From positions 124,001-188,000 of IMG/VR virus record IMGVR_UViG_3300046323_000587: a stretch of 64,000 bases of DNA; one strand, given 5' to 3'. The translations under genes and the position numbers were made by a program. Below the pieces are notes generated by a model. The model was given only the letters and a program-made list of their open reading frames with translations, was not told the origin of the DNA and ran no database searches. Shown piece after piece: positions 47,770-56,810 of this stretch (its first letter is position 1; every line of letters starts with the position of its first letter).

Positions 47770-49220
47770 TTAAAATTTAATTTTATTAAATGAAGATAGT
47801 ATACCTCCTAATTTAAAAGTCTTATTCATAATTTTTTTAATATTTCTTTTGTTTGTCATTTCGTCAGGTTTAATTTCTCTATTAAACAAAGTATTTGCTA
47901 TTTTAGCAAAGAATTTAGGTTGTTTTTTTGTACTATGATATAATTCATAAGTATCTGTATCTATATCTTCAGAGTTATTTTCTGCTAAATTTTTCAACTC
48001 TTTCCAATTTTTGTTTTTAAATTTTTTTTGTGAATTGTATTTACCTAAATCCTCTAAATTAAACATTGTAGTATATTTTCTAGCCAACCTTTCATCAGGA
48101 ATAGATAAATAATCTTTATAAGGTTTTGTTGGTTCTCCATTTAACTGTTCACTTATTTTTTGTTCGATAGCTAAATTTTTATGTAAATTTTTAATATAAG
48201 CATTTTCATCAGATTCTTTTTTTCCATAGGTAGATTCTAATATATATATATATTTTTATCTGAAAGATTGTTTCCTCCTCCTGTAGCTGCGTGTGAAAAT
48301 TCGTGAGTACCTAAATATTTATATATATCTTTATAAGTTCTTTCTACATCTTTAGATTTATTGTAGGGACCTACTTCCATAGGAAAAACAAATTCTTTTT
48401 TTGAAGGTAAGTTAATTTTTTTTGTATTATTAGAAAAAATTTGTACGTTAGGAGATGTTAAATTGTCTTTTGGGTAATCTAGCCCTGTATCTTCTAAATT
48501 TTTTAATCTTGTACCTATTTGTTTATCATTATATCCAGCAACTTTATTTAATTTTTGACCTCTTTTCGAAGTATAAAAATCTATCAATCTTTTTTTATCG
48601 GGTTCGTAAGAATCTTTAAAAGATTTTTTATCGGTATAATTTTTTAAATTATAGCCCTCTAATTTTGTAGGTAAAGGTTGTTGAGATTTACCAGTTAATC
48701 TAATAATTTCAGAATCTACATTTTCTTTATGCCAACCAACAAGTTTTTGTTTATATTCTTCAGCATTATTTTTTGCCTCTTTTAAATTTTGAGTTATTTT
48801 TTCTATTTGTTGTTTATCTATAGGATCTAAAGAGTAGTTTTTTGGATCTTCCAATTTTTTAAAAGATTCTTTCCTATTATAAAAATCTAAATCTTTTTCT
48901 AAGTCTTTTACATGATTTGTATACAATGTATTAACATCTGTTGGAGTTTTTTGTTCGGCTTTTAAATTTTCTAATTCATTAAGCAAATTTTCTCTATTCA
49001 TTTTATTCCAAGGGTCTACATTTTCTTGAAATTCTTCTTCAGGTGTATCATAAGTAGGAATATCTGGAGCGTAATAATTATTATATTTATCTTTTGAGTC
49101 TTTTTTAATATTTCTTTTTCCTTTAATATCTACATTTTTTAGTACAATAGTTGAATTTTGTAAAGTTCCATCAGGTTCTTGGTATTTTTTAATTTTTTTA
49201 AAACTATTTAGTTTTTTCAT
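47770..49220 (-). pseudogene. Single tagged zincin gene split by an (AT)7 tract (ORFs 48237..49220 and 47770..48087); candidate phase-variable gene
   Basis: Removing one AT unit at 48240-48253 gives ...DKNIYILESTYGKK...YKDYLSIPDERLARKYTTM..., a 482-aa ORF from MKKLNSFKKIKKYQEPDG to TFKLGGILSSFNKIKF, joining HEFSH with the YLxxPxExxAR motif also seen in 39737..41884. Confidence 0.85.
48240..48253. repeat. (AT)7 simple sequence repeat inside coding region
   Basis: atatatatatatat read directly; creates the premature TAG at 48237-48239. Confidence 0.9.
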
Positions 49221-49236
49221 ATCGAATTTAATTTTA

Positions 49237-49274
49237 AATAAAAAGCCTCAACCCAATGATTGAGTTAAGGCTTT
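49237..49274 (-). terminator. Rho-independent terminator after auxiliary capsid gene
   Basis: AAAGCCTTAACTCAA-TCA-TTGGGTTGAGGCTTT followed by TTATTT. Confidence 0.8.
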
Positions 49275-49320
49275 GAATTGATTTGTTTTAATTGTTTGTA
49301 ATAAAGAACTTTAACTAAAA

Positions 49321-50343
49321 TTAAACTTTAAATGCAGCAGCAGCAATAAGAGCAGGAGCAAGTGGAGTTTTATCAAAGAATCTCGGAGCAACAAATTTAG
49401 TAGCATCAACTGTGGAAAGAACTGTCGCACGATTCAAGAAATCAACTACTGGATTTTGATAAGTTACCAAGCAAGAATCATTAACAAAAATTTCAAAGTT
49501 ACCACTTGTTTCAGCAATACCGTTAACAACACCATTACCACCATTTTGATTGATTCCATTATCATAACTTGACCAAGCTAAACTTGAATACAAATCGCCT
49601 TTAATAGGAGTAGTAAAACGATCAATTGAGTATGGCATACGATCTGCTGTATCAATAAACATTGATTTCAAGTTATAATACTCATTTCTACCTGCAAAAC
49701 CAATTACTTGAGAAGGAACTGTTTGAGTATAAGTAATATATGGAGATACTACATTGTCATCACCAAGAAATTCAATTTTAACTAATTTAGCTTGATCAAT
49801 TGCAGTCAAATCTAAAGCAGTCATTGTAATTGTTTTATTAGCTACAACTGTTGCAGAATAAGGAGCAGCAAGAATAGCTGTTAAAGAAGGTACAGTTATT
49901 AAGTTATTTCCATAAGAAAAAGATTGGAAAATCATTGCATTGTAAAGTTTTGCAAGAACAGTATTAGCTGTATCAGCAGTATTTACAACCAATTGAACTA
50001 CCAATTCTCTAGCTGGATCTCCCATTCTAGTAAAATCAGATTCATTTGAAAAAGAATGAAGAGTAGCTTTCATTTTAACAATAGTTCCATTTGGAGTAGA
50101 CGCACTATAAAAAAAGTTACCTCCAGCAATCAACCGATCTACTTGTTTAGTTCCAGCAACACCTCTATTACCAACTACTTTGTGTAATTTGTTAATATCA
50201 AATCTACCAAAACCTTCAACATCCATATAAGTTCCTAAAAGAGCTGTGGAAGGAGCATAATTTGTATCCCAAAATTTTAAGGGGAATAATGTAGCATTGT
50301 TAATTAATACTTGTTTTGTACCTGTACTAATAAATTGTGACAT
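49321..50343 (-). CDS. Probable auxiliary capsid (decoration) protein (340 aa)
   Basis: Ala/Thr/Val-rich beta-type sequence, synteny after ring protein downstream of MCP, followed by strong terminator. Confidence 0.55.
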   Translation of the reverse strand: MSQFISTGTKQVLINNATLFPLKFWDTNYAPSTALLGTYMDVEGFGRFDINKLHKVVGNRGVAGTKQVDRLIAGGNFFYSASTPNGTIVKMKATLHSFSNESDFTRMGDPARELVVQLVVNTADTANTVLAKLYNAMIFQSFSYGNNLITVPSLTAILAAPYSATVVANKTITMTALDLTAIDQAKLVKIEFLGDDNVVSPYITYTQTVPSQVIGFAGRNEYYNLKSMFIDTADRMPYSIDRFTTPIKGDLYSSLAWSSYDNGINQNGGNGVVNGIAETSGNFEIFVNDSCLVTYQNPVVDFLNRATVLSTVDATKFVAPRFFDKTPLAPALIAAAAFKV

Positions 50344-50390
50344 AATTTTATTATTATTATTTGTAAATAAATAAATCTATTGATATTAGC

Positions 50391-51251
50391 TTAACCAACT
50401 TGTGGAGGAGCAATACTCATAGATACATTAGGTTGAGATCCTTGTCTAGGATCACTTGCATTCTCAAAAATTAGTATCATCATTTCATTAAGAATTTCTT
50501 GACAAATATAATTTGGAAATTCTAGTGTTGCAGAAGTGTCTGTTGATGAACCTGCTAAAGTTTGATCGTTATATTCTGTGTATGTAAGTTGAATTACTTT
50601 TGGAACTCTGATATAACTAATCTCTATTTTTTCAATAGAAAATTTAGGGTGGTTTCCTGTTAATATTTCTATTTCAGCATTATTTGCACCCGAAATAAGG
50701 TTAGTTCTTACAGTAGTTAAATAAACAGATTGTGCAATATCAGGATTATCAGAAATCAAATATAATACATTAGTATAGCTGGGTCTTTGATAAAAATCTG
50801 TTAATACATACTGATATTGTGAATCTGTAATTCTTCTTGTTTTAATAGCAGGAAATATATCTCCCGGCTGGTAACAATTTTTTTGTTGTATTGCTTTAAA
50901 ATATACATTAACTCTTGTAATATGATAATAATCAAGAGGAAGGAGGAATTTAATACCTTGATTAACTGGTGTAATAGTTACAGCATTAGATTGGTAATGA
51001 TCTAAAATATTACCTGTTACCATAGAAGCTATTGCACTTGTAGAAGATTGAATATTTATTGAGATAGTGGTTTTTAATCTAGATAAATCATCAGTTGCTT
51101 GTTGATTTATTTCAAAACCATTATATTTTTTATTAATGTATTGATTTAAAGCTTTGTTTGCAAAATAATTCCATTCTTCAAGATTAAGAGAAGGAGCATT
51201 GACCTTCTTTTGTTCAATTAAAGAATATTCAAATAACTCCTTTGTTGTCAT
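50391..51251 (-). CDS. Tail ring protein
   Basis: MTTKELFEYSLIEQKKVNAPSLNLEEWNYFANKALNQYINKKY..FEINQQATDDL, LPLDYYH, LEFPNYICQEILNE: conserved crAss ring protein. Confidence 0.8.
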   Translation of the reverse strand: MTTKELFEYSLIEQKKVNAPSLNLEEWNYFANKALNQYINKKYNGFEINQQATDDLSRLKTTISINIQSSTSAIASMVTGNILDHYQSNAVTITPVNQGIKFLLPLDYYHITRVNVYFKAIQQKNCYQPGDIFPAIKTRRITDSQYQYVLTDFYQRPSYTNVLYLISDNPDIAQSVYLTTVRTNLISGANNAEIEILTGNHPKFSIEKIEISYIRVPKVIQLTYTEYNDQTLAGSSTDTSATLEFPNYICQEILNEMMILIFENASDPRQGSQPNVSMSIAPPQVG

Positions 51252-51265
51252 TGTATAAGTTGTAT

Positions 51266-51319
51266 AAAAAAATAGTTATAAAATTAATCTACTCATTCAA
51301 ATTAAGCTTATAACTATTT
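51266..51319 (-). terminator. Long hairpin terminator-like element
   Basis: 12-bp arms aaatagttataa (51270-51281) / ttataactattt (51308-51319), inner pairing possible, followed by T-run on the - strand. Confidence 0.55.
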
Positions 51320-51359
51320 GTAATTTATGTTTTTTACTTCAATTAAAATGTATCAATAA

Positions 51360-52274
51360 TTATTTTTTACCTTTTTTAGTTTCTTCTTTTGTGAAATCTG
51401 TTGAAAGTTGATCTTCAAAATGAGAGGAATCATTATGTACTTTAGCTGGATCAATAAATTGTCCGTTTACATACAATTCAGGATACAAAGTTTTTCTCAT
51501 TTCTGACAATACTTTTGCATTTTCTGGATATTTCATATAAGCAACAACTTGATGTAAACCAACTCCTAAAGTAATTTCTTTGAAAGAATATACTTCACCA
51601 ACAATTTTAACAATACTTTTATCAACTAATTGATAAATCATTAATTTATTAGCAGCATCTCTATCATTTTTAATACCTAAAATTCTTTTTACAGTAGTAA
51701 GGTCTTTACTAAATGCCATTTCAGACAAATAATTTCTTATATATCTAGGATGCGTATTATCTAATTTATCTCCTAATAATCTCACTTTTTCAGACAATTC
51801 GTTATCAGATAAAGATTTTACATAATTAATAGCGTCGGCTCTTGCGTCATTTAATTCTTCTCCTTGACGTTGTTCTTTTTCTTCATCAAATACAAAGAAA
51901 TCAGCAGTAGGATCATTTAACATATCTTCATAGCTTAAAGCTATACCTTTACTATGTTGAATCCATTCCCAGTCAATACGGTCTACAATATCAGATAAAT
52001 CTAAATAAAAACCTGGACCAATTGTTCTGCTTGTTACATCTTGATCTTTATCTGTTCCATCTTGAACAACATAAGATACTCTTAATTTTTCTTCTGGAGA
52101 TAAAGTTTTAACTCCCATCATTTTTCTAGTTCTAGTATCTAATCTAGGATTAATAGTAATTTGAGGGATTCCAAAAACAGATTTAAATTGAATAATTCTA
52201 TTTTCTCTTCGTACTCCATAAATTTTTTCATCTTCTGACAATGTATTATCACTTATTTCAAATTTCATATTCAT
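51360..52274 (-). CDS. Conserved crAss protein downstream of MCP (gene-75-like)
   Basis: LDLSDIVDRIDWEWIQHS..IA, ADFFVFDEE pattern; start corrected to ATG 52274 (or 52268) because the track start (TTG 52316) lies inside the MCP terminator. Confidence 0.7.
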   Translation of the reverse strand: MNMKFEISDNTLSEDEKIYGVRRENRIIQFKSVFGIPQITINPRLDTRTRKMMGVKTLSPEEKLRVSYVVQDGTDKDQDVTSRTIGPGFYLDLSDIVDRIDWEWIQHSKGIALSYEDMLNDPTADFFVFDEEKEQRQGEELNDARADAINYVKSLSDNELSEKVRLLGDKLDNTHPRYIRNYLSEMAFSKDLTTVKRILGIKNDRDAANKLMIYQLVDKSIVKIVGEVYSFKEITLGVGLHQVVAYMKYPENAKVLSEMRKTLYPELYVNGQFIDPAKVHNDSSHFEDQLSTDFTKEETKKGKK

Positions 52275-52292
52275 TTTAATTTTTATTGGGTT

Positions 52293-52324
52293 AAAAAAGT
52301 AGGAATTGTATTTCAAATTCCTAC
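52293..52324 (-). terminator. Rho-independent terminator after MCP
   Basis: GTAGGAATT-TGAAATAC-AATTCCTAC-TTTTTT, perfect 9-bp stem plus T6. Confidence 0.85.
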
Positions 52325-52397
52325 AATAATTATTTTTTAAATAAATTATTCTTGTAATATATTTCTAAAAAGTAAATCAAATTAAATAATTTAGTTT

Positions 52398-53786
52398 TTA
52401 GATATTTTCTTGCATAATAAAACCAGCATAAGGGTTGAATACAGCTACACCAGAGTAACCAATGATAGATTTAGTTGTACCGTCAAAAGTAGAACCCATT
52501 GTACCAGAAGTCATACCATCAACTCCACCTAAACCTGGCAAAGTACCTTCAATCATTTCACGTCCTTTAAGAGTAAACATAGAAACATTTGCACGTCCTT
52601 CTACCATTGTAGTATCAATAAACAAAGCATAACCATATTTATCATAAATTTCAGAAAGAATTGTATCAACAGTAAAGTTGATAGTATTTCCCATCCATTG
52701 ATAAGCTTTAAATGAACCACCAACTGTAATGTCTCCACCATTTTTAGTCCAGTAATAACCTCCATCAATAGCAGTAGACCTTAATTTATCTTCAAGAGCT
52801 TTAGAAATTTGTTTATATCCAATCCAGTTACAAACTACTGTGATATTATTTCCTGTTGTTTTACCTGTTTTTTTAACAATACTATCAATAGCATCTTCAA
52901 AAATAGAAGTAGTTAATTTTGTGTAGAAAAATTTATCGCAATAACGTTCAATTTGAGCTAATACCCCGTCACCTGAATCTAAAGCAGCTCCTGTAATACT
53001 ATCGTGATCTAAGCAATTGCCGTTAATATCATGGTTATCTCTGCCTAACAACATTGAATTTTCTCTCATATAAAGGAATTGATCCAAGATTGCTTTTGCA
53101 GGTTGCTCCATTTTAAAATATTGTTTATTATCAGCTTGTCCAGCTTCAAAATAAATCATTTTAGCATCATTAGTCCAGCTACCATCAACACGTACACGAG
53201 TAATATATCCACGGTGTTCTTCTAATTTCAACATACCTTTTTGATTACGTTGATCAACAGAACCATCAGATACGATATTTGAACGGAACATAGTTCTACG
53301 ACCTCTTGTGGTGTATTGAGTATTCAGTCCTCTTGACATATCATTGTTTACTAAAACACAAGTATATCTCCAACGATTGTTATTCATTTTTTCTGGCGCT
53401 TGGATAACACGCAATTGAGTTACATTGTCTTCCAAAGAGAAAGTATCATTTGTTGCATAATAATTTTTCTCTAAAATCAATGCAATAGGTTGTCTATTAG
53501 ATCCACTTGAAGTACAATCTTCCATAATCGTTACTTTAGGAATCATATTAGTTTCAATTCTCCAAGTAAATTGCATTGCATTAACAGATTCATAACTAGA
53601 TTTACGATCTCTTACAATAACTCTACCTAAACCTTGTGTAATTGTAGAAATTGTCAAATCTTTTCTTGTTCTAGCCATTAAACCTAGTGCAGTTGTTCTT
53701 TTACCTAAAAGAGAGCTAATATTTTGTATGTTTTGTGTTGTATTCTGCAAATTTTGTGGTAAATCACTTAATTCAATTACTCTCAT
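52398..53786 (-). CDS. Major capsid protein (crAss-like, HK97 fold)
   Basis: 462 aa; FTWRIETN, LEKNYY..NDTF, EEHRGYITRVR, RENSMLLGR, GDGVLAQIER, VGGSFKAYQWMGNTINFTVD, GYSGVAVFNPY: Crassvirales MCP blocks; synteny. Confidence 0.9.
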   Translation of the reverse strand: MRVIELSDLPQNLQNTTQNIQNISSLLGKRTTALGLMARTRKDLTISTITQGLGRVIVRDRKSSYESVNAMQFTWRIETNMIPKVTIMEDCTSSGSNRQPIALILEKNYYATNDTFSLEDNVTQLRVIQAPEKMNNNRWRYTCVLVNNDMSRGLNTQYTTRGRRTMFRSNIVSDGSVDQRNQKGMLKLEEHRGYITRVRVDGSWTNDAKMIYFEAGQADNKQYFKMEQPAKAILDQFLYMRENSMLLGRDNHDINGNCLDHDSITGAALDSGDGVLAQIERYCDKFFYTKLTTSIFEDAIDSIVKKTGKTTGNNITVVCNWIGYKQISKALEDKLRSTAIDGGYYWTKNGGDITVGGSFKAYQWMGNTINFTVDTILSEIYDKYGYALFIDTTMVEGRANVSMFTLKGREMIEGTLPGLGGVDGMTSGTMGSTFDGTTKSIIGYSGVAVFNPYAGFIMQENI

Positions 53787-53822
53787 TGTATTATTTTTGT
53801 TTAATTAATTAATCAATTTATT

Positions 53823-54842
53823 TTAAATTGTAATATCATCAATACTTCTAAATCTTTTTTGTTCTGTTGTATTGTTATTTCTTGTATTATTATTTCTGTT
53901 ATTATCTGGATTAATTATATTTTTTCCTTTAGATTGATATTTAGTTAAAGCTTCTTTTGCTCCTTCTATTCTAGCTAATTTAATTTGATTGTTTAAATCT
54001 CCAATAATTTTAGGACCAAATTCTAACCAATAAGCAGCTTTATATTGTTGTTCTGGACTTTCCATTAAATCGTTTATAAAAACTGTATATTCTGGGTCTT
54101 TTTCAGAAGGTTCTAATAATCTTGGTGCAAGATAATCTATAATTTGTTGATTGTTTTCATAACCGTCAATTTCATTTATACTAAAAAAAGAATTGTAAAT
54201 TTGTTGTTGTACTTGTTCAATTTCTTTTTCACTTTCAAGTTCTTGCTGATATCTAATATTTTCTTGTTGATCAAATTCTTGTTCTAATAAAGATTTTCTA
54301 ATTCCATTTACTGTTTTGTCAAAAGAAGAACTGTCTTTCAGTCTAAAATACTGCTCTTCAATTTCAGATTCATCGCAATCAGGACATTTGTTAGCTAATT
54401 CTAGTTTTACCACATCTTCATCTGATAAGGTTGCAATATAACTATCAGAAAAATTATTTGTATTATCTAATACTCCTGCTTCTTTTAATAATTCTGCTAC
54501 TGCTTCTAAATTACCTTCTTTGTAAGCTTGATTAAGTAATTCTAACACTTCATCTGAAGATCCTTCTTCTGGTTGATCACCATTTAATTCTTTCTCTTGT
54601 TTTGAATATTCTGAAATTAATTTATCCATTTCATCATTTTGAGCAGAATCGTAAGTTTTAGTAGAATTATTTAATATACTAAATTCATCTAAACTATTTA
54701 AACCATCTAAAGAAAAAGACTCTTCTTCTAATTCTTTTCTAGAATCAATTTCATTTGTGGAATCATTTATGATGTTATCATTTATTGTATTCAAATCTAC
54801 ATCATCTAAATTTATTGTTTCTATTCCATTGTTATTTTCCAT
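53823..54842 (-). CDS. Acidic scaffolding-like protein (crAss gene-77-like)
   Basis: Very acidic, coiled-coil, KAAYWLEFG motif, immediately upstream of MCP. Confidence 0.65.
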   Translation of the reverse strand: MENNNGIETINLDDVDLNTINDNIINDSTNEIDSRKELEEESFSLDGLNSLDEFSILNNSTKTYDSAQNDEMDKLISEYSKQEKELNGDQPEEGSSDEVLELLNQAYKEGNLEAVAELLKEAGVLDNTNNFSDSYIATLSDEDVVKLELANKCPDCDESEIEEQYFRLKDSSSFDKTVNGIRKSLLEQEFDQQENIRYQQELESEKEIEQVQQQIYNSFFSINEIDGYENNQQIIDYLAPRLLEPSEKDPEYTVFINDLMESPEQQYKAAYWLEFGPKIIGDLNNQIKLARIEGAKEALTKYQSKGKNIINPDNNRNNNTRNNNTTEQKRFRSIDDITI

Positions 54843-54917
54843 AGTATTGTATTTTAATTTTCATTGTTAATTATTATTAAAAATTTTAGTACAAGATACT
54901 AACTTTGTACTATAAAA

Positions 54918-55097
54918 TTATACACAACATTTAATAAATGTATCTGCTTGAATTCTATTTCCAAAAGCAATTATAGCTTGTGCATTATTTATTCCAGTTG
55001 TAGTTTGAATAATTGCTAAACTAGCACCAAAAGGAATAACATATTCAGTTTTGACTCCATTTACTTTTTTAATTATTTTTTTATACGTAATCAGCAT
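54918..55097 (-). CDS. Unannotated 59-aa protein equal to the stand-alone N-terminal domain of neighbouring fibre proteins
   Basis: Translated by hand: MLITYKKIIKKVNGVKTEYVIPFGASLAIIQTTTGINNAQAIIAFGNRIQADTFIKCCV*; aligns by eye to the N-termini of 58875..60626 and 57681..58835. Confidence 0.7.
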   Translation of the reverse strand: MLITYKKIIKKVNGVKTEYVIPFGASLAIIQTTTGINNAQAIIAFGNRIQADTFIKCCV

Positions 55098-55149
55098 ATT
55101 TAAAATTGTTTATAAATATTAAACTAAAAATTCTATTAACAAGATTTTT

Positions 55150-56805
55150 TTAAATTAGAGTCAAAACTTTGGTTTTAGTATCGTAAGTTAATGTTCCTAC
55201 TGAGGTACCTAAATTTGTAGTTGCATCTCCATAACCTGGAGATACAGTAGTTGTAGATTTATTTATAGTTTGAGTATTTACAAGAGTTCCTCCTCCAATA
55301 GAAGGAGTAAATGAATATACAGGAGTAAGAGTTAAACCTGAATATTGTAAAGCTTGTATTGTAATAGCTCCTGTACCAACAGAAGTGTCCCACAAAGCTC
55401 TTATATCTAATTTAATTTGTGAAACTTTTGGATGTTTGGCAATCATAGTTTTAAAATCTATTACAAAAAATTCTTCTTTTGTTGTTGTAATATTAGGAGA
55501 ACTTCCGCACCATACAGCATAAAATATATTATTTCCACTAATATTTTCTTTTAATTGAACATCTGTTGCAAATCCAGCAATAAATCCACTATTAGGAATA
55601 CGCTGTTCCATATAAGGAGTAAATTGAGAAAACATTAATCTAGTAAGTAAAACTGTTGTAGAACTAGCTGCTGTCCAAGTAAATTTTAAAATGACTAAAT
55701 CTGTTGCAGGCCCAGGTATACATTTACCTTGAGTATTAGCAAGAGTTTGTTTATTTGCACTAAACCAAGTAGTTGCTTGAAGATCTGCGTCTGCTTGTGA
55801 AACTAAAGAAGTAAATTGACCTAATGTTGTAGAAATTGTTTCTGAACTTCCAACTAATGGAGCACTACAATTATTTTTTTGTACTAATTCTGTTATTACA
55901 ACACTTCTATAAGTAACAATATCAATACAATTTAATCCAGCTTTTGCTTGTTGAGTAGCTAAATTTAAAGCTTGATTATCAGCATCAATTTGAGATATAT
56001 AAGAATTAATTGTACCTGCTGATACAGTTGATGTATTACTACTAGGTTGTTTACCTGCTCCACAGTTTGCTGTAAAAGTTTGATCGGTATTAGTATATGT
56101 AATAGGTGTACAAACTCCTTGAATATTGGCTATAGATTGTCTAGTTCTATTTAATTCTGCAATAGCTTTATTATCTGCATCAATTTGTGAAACGTAAGAT
56201 TGAAAAGAATTTGCTGCAATATTAACTGTAACATTGCTAGGCGTTGTATTAATTGGACAAGTACTTCTTAGTAATGTAGAAGTTTGTAGTACATTATAAA
56301 ATATTGGTAATGGAGTACAAGTACCTTGAGCATTTGCTAAATTTTGTTTATTGTTATTCAAGTAATTAATTGCTAAATTATTTGCTTCAATCTGAGTTGC
56401 TGCTTTAAATGTATTTGCTGCAATTGTAATTGTTTCATTAGAACCTATATAACCAATAGCACAATTATTTCGTTGAATTGTTGTAGTTTGAATAACATTT
56501 CCAAAAGAAATTGAGCACACAGTTTCATCTTTTTTAGTTCTATTATCTAATAATATTTTAGCTTCTTCTATTGTTGAAGATATTAAATTAGCTAAATTAG
56601 TAATAGAAATTGAATTTGGTATTATAGTTAAAATGCTTTTTTCTTTTGTTATTGTTTCTAAATCTGTATATGTAAAAAATCCATCGTTGAGTCCACTACA
56701 AGTATAATTCTTCCAAGCAAATGATTTACGAGATTGCAAAGATTCAATTGTAATTGTAGTACAAGGATTAGATTTAATACAAGAATAATTAATTTTAGTT
56801 ATCAT
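55150..56805 (-). CDS. Fibre/adhesin with four DUF5977-like repeats (551 aa)
   Basis: Repeats of ...NNC...S.SQ.DAD..A......Q..AN.QG.C.P (e.g. QSYVSQIDADNKAIA, TSLVSQADADLQA), then a beta-rich C-domain. Confidence 0.8.
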   Translation of the reverse strand: MITKINYSCIKSNPCTTITIESLQSRKSFAWKNYTCSGLNDGFFTYTDLETITKEKSILTIIPNSISITNLANLISSTIEEAKILLDNRTKKDETVCSISFGNVIQTTTIQRNNCAIGYIGSNETITIAANTFKAATQIEANNLAINYLNNNKQNLANAQGTCTPLPIFYNVLQTSTLLRSTCPINTTPSNVTVNIAANSFQSYVSQIDADNKAIAELNRTRQSIANIQGVCTPITYTNTDQTFTANCGAGKQPSSNTSTVSAGTINSYISQIDADNQALNLATQQAKAGLNCIDIVTYRSVVITELVQKNNCSAPLVGSSETISTTLGQFTSLVSQADADLQATTWFSANKQTLANTQGKCIPGPATDLVILKFTWTAASSTTVLLTRLMFSQFTPYMEQRIPNSGFIAGFATDVQLKENISGNNIFYAVWCGSSPNITTTKEEFFVIDFKTMIAKHPKVSQIKLDIRALWDTSVGTGAITIQALQYSGLTLTPVYSFTPSIGGGTLVNTQTINKSTTTVSPGYGDATTNLGTSVGTLTYDTKTKVLTLI

Positions 56806-56810
56806 TGAAA

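Noticed and set aside
36830-47815. GGAGG/GGTGG at tag codons as Shine-Dalgarno sites for the next gene
   Set aside because: They lie ~35-50 nt upstream of the next ATG, too far for SD spacing, occur internally too, and the amino-acid pattern is better conserved than the DNA.
52275-52316. Track start of the 318-aa ORF (TTG 52316)
   Set aside because: Falls within the MCP terminator hairpin; ATG 52274/52268 is more plausible.
54884-54916. Hairpin TAGTACAAAG/CTTGTACTA upstream of scaffold gene as terminator
   Set aside because: Bulged AT-rich stem without an adjacent U-tract; too weak to call.
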